Shown here in pieces: positions 47,476 to 57,293 of a stretch of DNA of 64,000 bases. The notes beneath the pieces were generated by a model that made no database searches, had not been told where the DNA came from, and was given only the letters and a program-made list of their open reading frames with translations. The stretch spans positions 557,126-621,125 of the forward strand of contig JAJDCD010000023.1 in NCBI GenBank assembly GCA_029261035.1. Reading direction: 5' to 3'. A program made the position numbers and the translations under genes. Position 1 is the first letter of the stretch; every line of letters begins with the position of its first letter. This DNA is from Candidatus Omnitrophota bacterium. GTDB lineage: Bacteria > Omnitrophota > Omnitrophia > Omnitrophales > JACROU01.

Positions 47476-48222
47476 ATGTCGAAATTAGTGTTGCTCCGTC
47501 ACGGGCAGAGTCAGTGGAATTTAGATAATCGTTTTACAGGATGGCATGATGTGGATCTGACTGAGAGAGGTGTTGGAGAAGCTCGTAATGCTGGAAAAGT
47601 TATTAAAGATGAAGGAATTCAGTTTGATGTGGCCTTTACTTCTGTTTTGAAGCGTGCAATTAGAACGTTGTGGCTTTCTTTGGATGAGTTGGATCAGATG
47701 TGGCTTCCTGTGATTCGTACTTGGAAGTTGAATGAAAGACATTATGGAGCGTTGCAAGGTTTAAATAAATTAGAAACAGTTGAAAAGTTTGGAGAAGAAC
47801 AAGTTTTAGTTTGGAGACGTAGTTTTGCTACTCCTCCAGAACCTCTTGATGAAAGTGATGAGCGTCACCCTAAACATGATTCTCGTTACAAAGATTTAAA
47901 GCCAGAAGATCTTCCAGCAACAGAGTCTTTAAAAACAACTTTGGAGCGAGTGATTCCCTATTGGGAAGAGAAGATTCTTCCTGAGTTGAAGAAGGGTAAA
48001 AATGTAATTGTTGCGGCTCATGGAAATAGCTTGAGAGCTTTGGTGATGCATTTAGATGGAATGTCGGAAGAAGAAATTGTGAAATTAAATATTCCTACTG
48101 GAATCCCTCTTCTTTATGAGTTTGATGATAATTTAAATCAAACAGGGCATCGTTATTTAGGAGACCCTGCAGCTCTTAAAGCGGCTCAAGACGAAGTAGC
48201 GAATCAAACAAAGAAAAGCTAA
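47476..48222 (+). CDS. gpmA: 2,3-bisphosphoglycerate-dependent phosphoglycerate mutase
   Basis: [12 protein letters not shown] catalytic His motif; RHYG; ~248 aa. Confidence 0.85.
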   Translation: MSKLVLLRHGQSQWNLDNRFTGWHDVDLTERGVGEARNAGKVIKDEGIQFDVAFTSVLKRAIRTLWLSLDELDQMWLPVIRTWKLNERHYGALQGLNKLETVEKFGEEQVLVWRRSFATPPEPLDESDERHPKHDSRYKDLKPEDLPATESLKTTLERVIPYWEEKILPELKKGKNVIVAAHGNSLRALVMHLDGMSEEEIVKLNIPTGIPLLYEFDDNLNQTGHRYLGDPAALKAAQDEVANQTKKS

Positions 48223-48408
48223 ATGAGAACACAACTTAGACGTACATAGTACGTCTCAAGTTGTCCGTTCGAATTTATTCTGAGAAGGCACGGCCCAGTG
48301 CCGCCGAAGGATCTGCCGGTACCAAGTCTGAGATTGTCACGACTCCTAGGATGACAATTTGTCTATTTCTTCTATTCCCAAAAAACTAAAGAATTAATTT
48401 TAACGTCC

Positions 48409-48442
48409 AAAGTGCCAGGCCTTTAAGCCTGGCACTTTTCCA
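48409..48442 (+). terminator. rho-independent terminator ~185 nt after the gpmA stop
   Basis: aaagtgccaggc-ctttaa-gcctggcacttttcc. Confidence 0.7.
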
Positions 48443-48492
48443 TGCTATAATATCCTCTCATTTTTTCACTCCATATCTTAAGGAGACCGTTT

Positions 48493-50448
48493 ATGTCAAC
48501 TGACTCTCTCGATGATCTTTTAAAAGAAGAACGCATTTTTCCTCCTTCTTCTGATTTTCAACAAAAAGCCAATTTTAAGGACGCTTCCATTTATGAGAAA
48601 GCTCTGTCTGACCCTGAAAGTTATTGGTCTGATTGGGCAAAGAAACTAGATTGGTTCGAGCCATGGAAAGAAGTTTTGAAATGGAATCCTCCACATGCGG
48701 AATGGTTTGTGGGTGGGAAGATTAATGCTTGTTATAACTGTGTAGACCGTCACGCTGCGAATCCTGATAGAAAAAATAAGAAAGCGATTATATTTGAGGG
48801 AGAGCAAGGAGAAGTTCGGACTCTTACTTATGAGGAGTTGCTTAAAGAAGTAAGTCGTTTCGCAAATGTGCTTAAAAATTTAGGAGTGGGTAAGGGAGAT
48901 CGTATTGCGATTTACATGCCCATGGTTCCAGAGGTGATGATTGCTTGTTTGGCATCTGCTCGGATTGGGGCGGTTCATAATGTTGTTTTTGGCGGATTTA
49001 GTGCGGAATCTTTAGCAGATCGAATTCAAGATTCTTCAGCGAAAGTTCTAATTACAGGGGATTATGGTTGGAGAAGAGGTAAGAAGATTTTATTAAAAAA
49101 AGCGGCTGATGAATCGTTGGATACTTGTCCAACAATTGAAAATGTGATTGTTCTAGGACGAGAAGGAAAGTCATCAGAGGATTGTCAGATGAAAGAAGGG
49201 CGTGACCATTGGTGGCATGATTTAATCCAGGATGTGAATGATGTGTGTGCTCCAGAACCTATGGATGCAGAAGATATGCTCTTTGTTCTCTATACTTCGG
49301 GGACGACCGGAAAGCCTAAGGGTATTGTGCATACAACTGGAGGATATCTCACGGGAGTTTATGCGACGACGCAATGGGTTTTTGATTTAAAAGAAGACGA
49401 CATTTTTTGGTGTACAGCTGATATTGGTTGGGTAACGGGACACAGTTATGTGACTTATGGTCCTTTAGCGAATGGGGCGACAGTTTTGATTTATGAGGGT
49501 TCTCCGGATTGGCCAGAGAAGAGTCGGTTCTGGGAAATGGTAGAGAAACATAAAGTAAGTATTTTTTATACAGCACCTACAGCCATTCGTGCTTTTATGA
49601 AATGGGGTACTGAGTGGATTGATAAAACAGACCTTTCTTCTTTGCGTCTTTTGGGATCCGTTGGAGAACCCATTAATCCTGAAGCATGGATGTGGTATCA
49701 CAAAAATATAGGAAAAGAAAATTGCCCTATTGTAGATACGTGGTGGCAAACAGAAACAGGGGCGATTATGATTACGCCACTTCCGGGAGTTGTGACAACA
49801 AAACCGGGTTCTGCTACGAAAGCTTTTCCTGGAATTTCTGCCACTGTTCTTAATGAACAAGGAGAAGAAATTACTTCGGGTGGAGGTTATGTGGCTATTA
49901 ATAAACCTTGGCCTTCCATGTTGCGCACCATTTTAAATGATGATGAGAGATTTAAAGAACAGTATTGGTCTAAGTGGGATGGGATTTATTTTCCTGGAGA
50001 TGGAGTTAAGAGAGATGAGGATGGAGACTTTTGGTTTTTGGGTCGAGTGGATGATGTGATGAATATTTCGGGACATCGGCTTGGAACGGCTGAGGTAGAG
50101 AGTGCTCTTGTAGATCATCAGAAGGTTGCGGAGTCTGCTGTTGTGAGTAAGCCTCATGAAATTAAGGGAGAGGGTATTGTTGCTTTTGTTACTTTGAAAG
50201 AAGGGCAAGAGGCGAGTGATGCGTTGAAGGATGAGTTGAAGCAGCATGTGGTGAAGAAGATTGGGGCGATTGCGAGGCCGGAGGAGATTTTGTTTTCTGT
50301 GGATTTACCGAAGACTAGGTCGGGGAAGATTATGCGGAGGTTGTTGAAGGATATTGCGCTTGGGAAGGCTTTGGGGGATACGACTACGTTGGCGGATCCG
50401 AATGTTGTTGCGGAGTTGAAGGAGAAGTACGAAGGAAAAGAGGGGTAG
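48493..50448 (+). CDS. acs: acetyl-CoA synthetase (AMP-forming)
   Basis: 651 aa; [14 protein letters not shown]-binding motif; extended -10 TGCTATAAT at 48443-48451 and AAGGAGA RBS. Confidence 0.9.
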   Translation: MSTDSLDDLLKEERIFPPSSDFQQKANFKDASIYEKALSDPESYWSDWAKKLDWFEPWKEVLKWNPPHAEWFVGGKINACYNCVDRHAANPDRKNKKAIIFEGEQGEVRTLTYEELLKEVSRFANVLKNLGVGKGDRIAIYMPMVPEVMIACLASARIGAVHNVVFGGFSAESLADRIQDSSAKVLITGDYGWRRGKKILLKKAADESLDTCPTIENVIVLGREGKSSEDCQMKEGRDHWWHDLIQDVNDVCAPEPMDAEDMLFVLYTSGTTGKPKGIVHTTGGYLTGVYATTQWVFDLKEDDIFWCTADIGWVTGHSYVTYGPLANGATVLIYEGSPDWPEKSRFWEMVEKHKVSIFYTAPTAIRAFMKWGTEWIDKTDLSSLRLLGSVGEPINPEAWMWYHKNIGKENCPIVDTWWQTETGAIMITPLPGVVTTKPGSATKAFPGISATVLNEQGEEITSGGGYVAINKPWPSMLRTILNDDERFKEQYWSKWDGIYFPGDGVKRDEDGDFWFLGRVDDVMNISGHRLGTAEVESALVDHQKVAESAVVSKPHEIKGEGIVAFVTLKEGQEASDALKDELKQHVVKKIGAIARPEEILFSVDLPKTRSGKIMRRLLKDIALGKALGDTTTLADPNVVAELKEKYEGKEG

Positions 50449-50465
50449 TTGTAATGTTTCGTCGT

Positions 50466-50548
50466 CGGAAATAGCATTTCTCCGGCGCTCAGACATGCTC
50501 GGGCTTTGCCCTGCGCAACTCGCGGCGGAGAAATGCTATTTCCTCCTC
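50466..50548. other. large GC-rich hairpin (18-bp perfect stem, ~40-nt structured loop)
   Basis: ggaaatagcatttctccg ... cggagaaatgctatttcc with GC-rich internal gggctttgccc hairpin. Confidence 0.5.
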
Positions 50549-50587
50549 CTAGAGAGTATGTACAATCTTTGGGGTTTGTGGGCAGGT

Positions 50588-50619
50588 AAAAAAGCGTGGC
50601 ATCGAGCCACGCTTTTTTA
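50588..50619 (+). terminator. rho-independent terminator
   Basis: aaaaaagcgtggc-atcga-gccacgctttttt. Confidence 0.8.
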
Positions 50620-50703
50620 ATTCGTGATGTGCTTCAGCGCAATAAACCTCTTCCGGTCTGCGGTCTCGTTTTTTTTAGCTCCCGACCGACGGTCTCGAAT
50701 CTT

Positions 50704-50735
50704 CTGTCATCCCCGAAATCTTTTGTCGGGGATCC
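50704..50735. repeat. short hairpin repeat (family R), copy 2
   Basis: ctgtcatccccgaaatcttttgtcggggatcc. Confidence 0.5.
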
Positions 50736-50784
50736 AGTAAGCAAAGGAATATCGCTTCACGAAAAAAAGGACAAAGGGGTTTTG

Positions 50785-51615
50785 ATGATCGACTTATTAA
50801 TTTTAGGGTGTGGTTATGTTGGTACTGCTGTAGGTAAGGAATTTGTTCAGCAAGGAAAGTCTGTTGTGGGAGTTGTGCGCTCGGATAAGCGGTTGGGGGC
50901 TTTGAAAGAGGTTGGGGTTGAGCCTTTGCTTTTGGATCTGAGGCAATCAAAAGTTATCGAAGAGCTTCCGGAAGCGCGCTGGGTTTTGATTTGTCCTTCT
51001 GCGGGGGGGCAGGATGTTGAGTTGTATCAGGCTGTTTATGTGGATTTGGTTCGTAACTTTTTGGATAACTATTTATTTATTTCTTCGATAGAAAAGTGTG
51101 TTTATACATCGAGTACGGGTGTTTATTCTCAGTGTCATGGAGAGTGGGTGGATGAAGATACTTATCCTCAACCCTTAACGGAAAGAGCTAAGATTCTTCT
51201 TCATGCTGAGCAACAACTTCTTCAAAGTTCTGTACCTTCTATTATTTTTAGATTGTCTGGTATTTATGGTCCGAATAGAAGTCGAATTAGTTCGATTCAA
51301 TCGGGAGAGGTTTCTCTGGAGGGTAAAGAACGTTTTGGAAATATGATTCATTTAGAGGATATTGTTCAAGGAGTGCGGTTGCTTTTTGAAAAAGGGTCTT
51401 CGGGTGAAACTTATTTGGGAGGGGATGATGCCCCTTTTAAACAAGCGGAGTTTTATGGGTGGTTAATTGATAGGCTCAATTTAAAACAAGCGGAGTTTCA
51501 TTTTGGTAATAACAGTCCAGAAGGTAAGCGTTGCAGTAATAAAAAAATAAAAGCTCTTGGATTCAAACCTAAATACCCTACTTTTCGAGAAGGGTACGAG
51601 AGTTTTTTGAAGTAA
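50785..51615 (+). CDS. NAD(P)-binding epimerase/dehydratase-family protein (atypical SDR)
   Basis: AAAGGGG RBS; MIDLLILGCGYVGTAV Rossmann motif; ORF-track start 50596 runs through the terminator and repeats and is rejected. Confidence 0.65.
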   Translation: MIDLLILGCGYVGTAVGKEFVQQGKSVVGVVRSDKRLGALKEVGVEPLLLDLRQSKVIEELPEARWVLICPSAGGQDVELYQAVYVDLVRNFLDNYLFISSIEKCVYTSSTGVYSQCHGEWVDEDTYPQPLTERAKILLHAEQQLLQSSVPSIIFRLSGIYGPNRSRISSIQSGEVSLEGKERFGNMIHLEDIVQGVRLLFEKGSSGETYLGGDDAPFKQAEFYGWLIDRLNLKQAEFHFGNNSPEGKRCSNKKIKALGFKPKYPTFREGYESFLK

Positions 51616-53055
51616 TTATTTTCCTCGTCTAAAAGAATGAAATTTTTCTACTAATTTTAAGATACCTTCGGGTTTGTGGGCTTTTTTCCAGGCGCCTGCT
51701 GCGTATTTGATCGCTTCTCCCATGGTTGGATAAACATGAATCGTGCCTAGGATTTTGTTTAAACCCATTCCGTATTTTTTTGCGAATACAAATTCTGGAA
51801 GTAAGTCTCCTGCGTGATATCCACAAATGGTTACTCCTAAAATCTCATCTTTATTTGGAGGGGTTAGTACTTTGATCATTCCGTAGTCTTCAGAGTCTGT
51901 GATGGCGCGGTCGAGGTCATCTAAAGGGTACACAGTTAGTTCATAAGGGATGTTTTGTTCTTTTGCTTCCTTTTCGTTGAGACCGACACGACCGATTTCG
52001 GGATCGGTGTAGGTGCACCAAGGTGTGATACTGAGATCCACTTTGAATTTAGCGAAGGGAGAGAAGAGTCCGTTCACGGCACAGTACCAAGCCTGATGGG
52101 CTGCCATGTGGGTAAATTGATAAGGGCTGGTTACGTCTCCGCAGGCAAATATGTTCTTGATGTTGGTTCGACTAAAAGCATCTGTTTTAATTCGACCTCG
52201 ATCATCAAGTTCAACCCCTAATTCTTCTAAGCCAAAACCTTTTGTTCTTGGAACACGTCCCACTGCAGATAGAAGTTCATCAAATTCGATTTCTTCTGTT
52301 TTTTCAGAACCTTTTTCTTTAACGAGTAAGTATTTTTTACCATCGCGAACTTCAATTTTTTCTGTAATTGTATTGAGCCTGAGTTCAACCCCTTCTTTTT
52401 GCATATGTCTTTCCATAACTTCAATGACGTCGTCATCCTCTCGAGGAAGAAGTTGATGGTGACGTTGAATTAGAATAACCTTAGTTTTCATACGTGCAAA
52501 GGCTTGTCCTAATTCACATCCAATAGGACCTCCGCCAATAACGACAAGGCGTTTGGGTTGTTTGCGAATAGTCCAAATGTTATCGGTGTGATAATAGTCA
52601 ATATTTTCGATCCCAGGAATTCGAGGGGCTGCAGGAAATCCACCAGTGGCAATGATAATATTTTTTGTGGTTAAAACTTTTCCGTCCACTTGAACCTTGT
52701 TCGGAGATAAAATTTTTGCTTCTCCTTGATAACAATCAACCCCTAATTTGGAGTATCGTTCAACAGAGTCGTGAGGTTCTATTTTTTTAATAACACTTTG
52801 AACACGTTCCATAATTTCGGCAAAATCAAACTCCGCTGTTGCATTTGTGAATCCAAAATCTTTGTGACGATTCACATGGGATAGAAAGGTGGTGCTTCGG
52901 ATAAGAGCTTTGCTGGGTACACAACCTGTGTTTAAACAATCCCCGCCCATTTTATGTTTTTCGATGAGAGCAACTTTAGCTTTAACAACAGAAGCGATGT
53001 AAGCTGATACAAGTCCTCCAGAGCCTGCTCCTATAACTACTAAATTGTAATCCAT
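51616..53055 (-). CDS. class I pyridine nucleotide-disulfide oxidoreductase (Lpd/Gor/SthA-like)
   Basis: GAGSGG FAD motif; redox-active GGDCLNTGCVPSK; C-terminal HVYPTMGE dimer-interface His-Glu motif. Confidence 0.7.
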   Translation of the reverse strand: MDYNLVVIGAGSGGLVSAYIASVVKAKVALIEKHKMGGDCLNTGCVPSKALIRSTTFLSHVNRHKDFGFTNATAEFDFAEIMERVQSVIKKIEPHDSVERYSKLGVDCYQGEAKILSPNKVQVDGKVLTTKNIIIATGGFPAAPRIPGIENIDYYHTDNIWTIRKQPKRLVVIGGGPIGCELGQAFARMKTKVILIQRHHQLLPREDDDVIEVMERHMQKEGVELRLNTITEKIEVRDGKKYLLVKEKGSEKTEEIEFDELLSAVGRVPRTKGFGLEELGVELDDRGRIKTDAFSRTNIKNIFACGDVTSPYQFTHMAAHQAWYCAVNGLFSPFAKFKVDLSITPWCTYTDPEIGRVGLNEKEAKEQNIPYELTVYPLDDLDRAITDSEDYGMIKVLTPPNKDEILGVTICGYHAGDLLPEFVFAKKYGMGLNKILGTIHVYPTMGEAIKYAAGAWKKAHKPEGILKLVEKFHSFRRGK

Positions 53056-53075
53056 GTTTTTCTCCTTAATTTTAA

Positions 53076-53153
53076 TAGCGAATAGCGTTTAGCGTAGAGC
53101 CCATAGGTCAGCCACCCTCACCCTAGCCCTCTCCCTCCGTCGGAGGGAGAGGG
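53076..53153. repeat. repeat element (family P) with TAGCGAATAGCG and palindrome CCCTCTCCCT-ccgtcg-AGGGAGAGGG
   Basis: shares tagcgRatagcg, tttagcgtagagc and the palindrome with 54039..54131. Confidence 0.55.
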
Positions 53154-53167
53154 GATAAATTTAATGA

Positions 53168-53869
53168 CTAAGAACTATTTTTCTTTATTTTACTAATGAT
53201 TGTGGGTAGGAAAGAAATGCCAATTAACAATACGCTTGCGATAGCTAAATTGATAAATGCTTTTTGACTGGCTCCGGTTACTCCAGAAAGCACAGAGTCC
53301 CCAAAATAAGTGTATATAAATGTTCCTGGAAGCATTCCTAAAAGAGAGCCAAATAAATAATCTCTATATTTTACTTTTGAAAAACCAGAACCAAAGTTAA
53401 GGCCATTGAAAGGAAAGATAGGAATTAGCCTTAGACGGAAGATTGTTTTGAAGCCATTTTTTTCAATGCTATCATCTAGCTGAGCGAGTTTCCCGCCTTT
53501 CATAAGATTTGCAACAAAGTCACGACCGAGAAAACGAGCCATAAGAAAAGCAAGTGTAGCACCTAGGTTCGAAGCTAAAACGTTGAACAAAGTTCCGTAG
53601 GCTGTTCCGAAAATAGCGCCTCCTGCTAATGTAAGCAAAGAACCGGGAAGAGCAAAAACACAACCGATACCATAAATAAGAATAAAAACGAGAGGGCCCC
53701 ACCATTCTCCTTTAAGATTTTCCAGAAAACTGAGAAGAGCTTCTTTTTCCACGTATTGTTTTAGAGGAGTGAATTTAAAGATAATGAAGGCAAGGACTAA
53801 AATGAGAATAAAAATGATAAATTTTTTAGCACCACCCGATTTTTTTTGAGGTTGATTTTCCATTGTCAT
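53168..53869 (-). CDS. TVP38/TMEM64 (DedA-superfamily) membrane protein
   Basis: PGSLLTLAGGAIFG motif; 5-6 TM. Confidence 0.7.
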   Translation of the reverse strand: MTMENQPQKKSGGAKKFIIFILILVLAFIIFKFTPLKQYVEKEALLSFLENLKGEWWGPLVFILIYGIGCVFALPGSLLTLAGGAIFGTAYGTLFNVLASNLGATLAFLMARFLGRDFVANLMKGGKLAQLDDSIEKNGFKTIFRLRLIPIFPFNGLNFGSGFSKVKYRDYLFGSLLGMLPGTFIYTYFGDSVLSGVTGASQKAFINLAIASVLLIGISFLPTIISKIKKNSS

Positions 53870-54038
53870 ACCTTCTCCTTTAAGACTGTTTACGCTAAAA
53901 AAAATGATTTGGATTCAAAACAACTATTCTGATGTTTTTGGGATTGAAAATCAAGTGAAATTCAATCTTAACTTATTATTTTACAATAAGATAAGTATTT
54001 TCTTAAGAATTCAAGGTATTAGGTCGATTTAAGAAAAT

Positions 54039-54131
54039 TAGCGGATAGCGGATAGGCTTTAAACCCTATCCCTCTCCCTGTCAGGGAGAGGGGAGTTTTT
54101 GGCAATGGAATCTATACGCTCTACGCTAAAC
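54039..54131. repeat. repeat element (family P), copy 2, with an extra inverted arm
   Basis: tagcggatagcggatagg ... ccctctccct-gtca-gggagaggg ... gctctacgctaaac (reverse complement of gtttagcgtagagc in copy 1). Confidence 0.55.
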
Positions 54132-54164
54132 ACTAATAGAAAATGACAAAGGAAGGTGATATTA

Positions 54165-55079
54165 ATGAAAGTTGTTTTGGCAGGTGGAACAGGTTTTGTT
54201 GGAGGGTCACTTTTAAGTGCTTTGATTGCAGAACACCATCAAGTTGTTCTTTTGACCCGTAACCTTGAAAAAGCGAAACATTTATCTGGCAATGCGGTTA
54301 GTGTGGTTGAGTGGGATGCTAAAAATGGGGGCGACTGGGAAAAGAGCATTGATTCTTCAGATGTAGTTATTAACTTGTCTGGTGAGTCTGTTGCTAATAA
54401 ACGGTGGACAGATTCTGTAAAACAAAAAATTTTAGATAGTCGTGTTAATTCCACTCGAGCTATAGTACATGCAATTTCTAGAGCAGAAAAAAGACCGTCA
54501 CTTCTTGTGAATGCTTCAGCTATTGGAATTTACGGAAGTGATCCTGAAAAAAAATTATTAGAAACAACTCCGAAGGGAGAAGGTTTTTTAGCAGACGTTT
54601 GTGATTCATGGGAGAAAGAAGCTTCTAAAGCAGAAAATTTAAGCATTCGTGTTGTGAAACTTCGGATTGGAATTGTTTTAGGAAAAGAAGGTGGTGCTCT
54701 TAAACGTATGCTGCCTCCGTTTCAGTTTTTTCTTGGAGGACCTTTAGGGAATGGTCTTCAGTGGTTTCCGTGGGTGCATCGGGATGATGTTGTTCGCTCG
54801 ATACTTTATGTTATGGAGAATAACGAGATTCAAGGGCCTATCAATATGGCTGCACCAGAACCTGTTCGTTTGAAAGATTTTTGTAAGGTGTTGGGCAAGG
54901 TCTTGCATCGACCTTCATTGTTTCCTGTTCCTATTTTTGTTTTAAGGCTCATGGTAGGAGATATGGCGGATATGTTAATAGCAAGCCAGAAAATGATTCC
55001 TCAAAAGTTAAAAAGCTCTGGTTTTCAATTTAGGTACTCTCATCTAGAGGATGCCCTACAGGCAATCTTGAAATACTAG
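54165..55079 (+). CDS. TIGR01777-family (YfcH-like) NAD-dependent epimerase/dehydratase with DUF1731 C-terminal domain
   Basis: AAGGAAGG RBS; MKVVLAGGTGFVGGSL; C-terminal DUF1731-like region. Confidence 0.7.
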   Translation: MKVVLAGGTGFVGGSLLSALIAEHHQVVLLTRNLEKAKHLSGNAVSVVEWDAKNGGDWEKSIDSSDVVINLSGESVANKRWTDSVKQKILDSRVNSTRAIVHAISRAEKRPSLLVNASAIGIYGSDPEKKLLETTPKGEGFLADVCDSWEKEASKAENLSIRVVKLRIGIVLGKEGGALKRMLPPFQFFLGGPLGNGLQWFPWVHRDDVVRSILYVMENNEIQGPINMAAPEPVRLKDFCKVLGKVLHRPSLFPVPIFVLRLMVGDMADMLIASQKMIPQKLKSSGFQFRYSHLEDALQAILKY

Positions 55080-55187
55080 TATTCACAGGCTTTATCAAGA
55101 GTTTATTGGCCAAAAGGCCATTTTAGATGTAAACTTAAATGCAGAAGGCACTTAAGGAAGAGAAACAAAAAAGAAAGGGTGATTCCT

Positions 55188-55841
55188 ATGGCGAACGAAA
55201 AATTTTCAATTAAAGAGGCTATTAGTTACGGTTGGAATGTTATGAAATCCAACTTAGGATTTTTTATTGGTGCAATGCTTATTGCTGTTGTGGTTAATGT
55301 GGTAATTAATATGGTTGCAGAACTGTTTCGTGCTAATAACACGGTAATGCTTATCCTTGTTTCTTTGGTTGGTATTGTTATCGGCACAGTCATTGAGATG
55401 GGGTTTTTAACCATTGGTTTAAAACTGATCGATAATGCCAAAGTTTCTTTTAGAGATCTTTTCTCTACTTTTAATTTGGTGGTTAAATATTTACTTGCCT
55501 CTATTTTGTATGGACTGATTGTTTTGGGCGGAATGATACTATTGATTGTTCCTGGTATTATTTGGGCTATTCAATTTCAATTCTTTTCTCTTGGCGTTAT
55601 TGAAAAGGGATTAGGTCCTATCGAAGCTTTAAAAGCGAGTTCCCAATTAACAAAAGGTAAAAAATTGAAAGTTGATCTTTTGCTTTTTGCTTTACTTATT
55701 TTAGGTATTAATGCATTAGGTGTATTGGCATTAGGTTTTGGTTTGTTTATAACGGTTCCGACAACATTAGTTGCTTACGTTTATATTTATCGTAAGTTGC
55801 AAGGCCAACCTAGCGCTTCTTCTGAAACACCTGCAGTTTAA
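55188..55841 (+). CDS. hypothetical polytopic membrane protein
   Basis: 5-6 TM; N-terminal KEAISYGWNVMKSN; alternative GTG start at 55179. Confidence 0.5.
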   Translation: MANEKFSIKEAISYGWNVMKSNLGFFIGAMLIAVVVNVVINMVAELFRANNTVMLILVSLVGIVIGTVIEMGFLTIGLKLIDNAKVSFRDLFSTFNLVVKYLLASILYGLIVLGGMILLIVPGIIWAIQFQFFSLGVIEKGLGPIEALKASSQLTKGKKLKVDLLLFALLILGINALGVLALGFGLFITVPTTLVAYVYIYRKLQGQPSASSETPAV

Positions 55842-55901
55842 TTGTCTGTCATAGGAAATAAAGTGGTAAACCGAAAGGTTTGCCACTTTATCATTCGGCT
55901 T

Positions 55902-56654
55902 ATGAAATCTAAAATTAATTTTCTTTTAATTTTCTTTTCTTTTCTCATCTTATTCTCTGCTACTTCATTTAAAAGTTCTTCACAGCAAACAACGCTTATA
56001 GAATTGTACACATCGGAAGGGTGTCATAGTTGTCCGCCGGCAGATGAGTGGCTGTCTCGTGTTGGGAACGGAAAGAGTTTGTGGAGCGAGTTTGTTCCCG
56101 TTGCTTTTCATGTAGATTATTGGGATGCTATCGGTTGGAAAGATGTTTTTGCTCAATCGAGATTTTCAGATCGGCAGAGAAGGTATGCTTCAAACTGGAA
56201 TTCTCGTTCTGTTTATACCCCCGGTTTTGTCTTGAATGGAAAAGAGTGGAGAGGTTTTTTCTCGGGAGATTCTTTGCCAAAAAGAATGGATAGAGAAGTT
56301 GGAGTTCTTCAGATTCAGATTCAAGAAGATAATCAATATCGCTTTCAGTTTACTCCCACAAAATTAAATCAAAAAAATTATGTTGCTCATATGGCTCTTC
56401 TGGGTTCAGGTTTTAAAATCCAAGTGGAGCGGGGAGAAAATAGGGGCAAGTTGCTGGAGCACGATTTTGTTGTTGTGGATTTTAAAGAGGAGTCTTTGAA
56501 ATTAAATGACTCTGACGATTTGATTCATACTTTTATACTCACTCCTAATACAGAGTTAAAACCAGCTCGATATGCGGTTGTCGCGTGGGTAACGGAGTCT
56601 AATGGGTTTGAACCTATTCAAGCTGCCGGAGGCTATTTAGAAGGTTTGGTGTAA
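55902..56654 (+). CDS. DUF1223-family secreted protein
   Basis: signal peptide; YTSEGCHSCPPAD motif characteristic of DUF1223. Confidence 0.6.
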   Translation: MKSKINFLLIFFSFLILFSATSFKSSSQQTTLIELYTSEGCHSCPPADEWLSRVGNGKSLWSEFVPVAFHVDYWDAIGWKDVFAQSRFSDRQRRYASNWNSRSVYTPGFVLNGKEWRGFFSGDSLPKRMDREVGVLQIQIQEDNQYRFQFTPTKLNQKNYVAHMALLGSGFKIQVERGENRGKLLEHDFVVVDFKEESLKLNDSDDLIHTFILTPNTELKPARYAVVAWVTESNGFEPIQAAGGYLEGLV

Positions 56655-56756
56655 AAGTTGAATGCCTTTGATTGTGTGCATTCTAAGATGTTGTTTCAAG
56701 GATATTGTAACGCTATAATAAATTTTAAATTGAATTAGAAAACGTAGGAGATAGAG

Positions 56757-57275
56757 ATGAATACGATTATTGTTCTAGCGATGCACGGAGCGATTCCAAA
56801 AAATTTTCCTCAGGATGAAAAAATAGAGTTTCTAAAGTTACATTCTCAAATTGAAAATATACCGGAGTCTCAAAGGGTTTCTATTCAAGACCGTCATGAT
56901 GAGTTAGATAAAAAGATGCGGGAATGGCCTCGTACTATTGAAAATGACAAATTTCATTTTTCTTCTAATCAGATCGCGGAAGCTTTATCTAAAGAGTCCG
57001 GAAATGAAGTTGTGGTTGGGTACAATGAATTTTGTTCCCCTGACTTAAAAGTAGCTTTAAGAGATTCGGCCTCTAGAGCGGATCAAGTTTTGGTAATGAC
57101 GCCTATGATGACTCAAGGGGGGATTCATTCCGAAGTGGAGATCCCGGAAGAAATAGAAAAAGTAAAATTGGAGTTTCCTGATAAACAACTTCATTATGTG
57201 TGGCCTTTTGAAGTGGCCGATATTGCTCATTTTTTTACGGATCAAATTAAAAAGTTTGAGAACACTCACGCTTAA
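56757..57275 (+). CDS. CbiX/SirB-like small chelatase, putative
   Basis: LAMHGA near the N-terminus and PMM..GG.H....IP motif resembling the CbiX P-x-F-L-x-G-x-H-x-x-x-D-I-P signature. Confidence 0.35.
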   Translation: MNTIIVLAMHGAIPKNFPQDEKIEFLKLHSQIENIPESQRVSIQDRHDELDKKMREWPRTIENDKFHFSSNQIAEALSKESGNEVVVGYNEFCSPDLKVALRDSASRADQVLVMTPMMTQGGIHSEVEIPEEIEKVKLEFPDKQLHYVWPFEVADIAHFFTDQIKKFENTHA

Positions 57276-57293
57276 ATAGAATGGAGGCTGAAG

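Noticed and set aside
48255-48285. tRNA-like T-loop motif (ccgttcgaattt) between gpmA and acs
   Set aside because: No acceptor stem, D-arm or anticodon arm can be built around it, so it is not a tRNA. The region is kept only as a possible sRNA.
49349-50496. Cluster of 63-131 aa minus-strand ORFs
   Set aside because: All lie antisense within acetyl-CoA synthetase and are artefacts of an open antisense frame.
50596-50784. ORF-track N-terminal extension of the SDR gene (start 50596)
   Set aside because: The extension would translate through a rho-independent terminator and dispersed repeats. A proper RBS and the Rossmann N-terminus begin at 50785.
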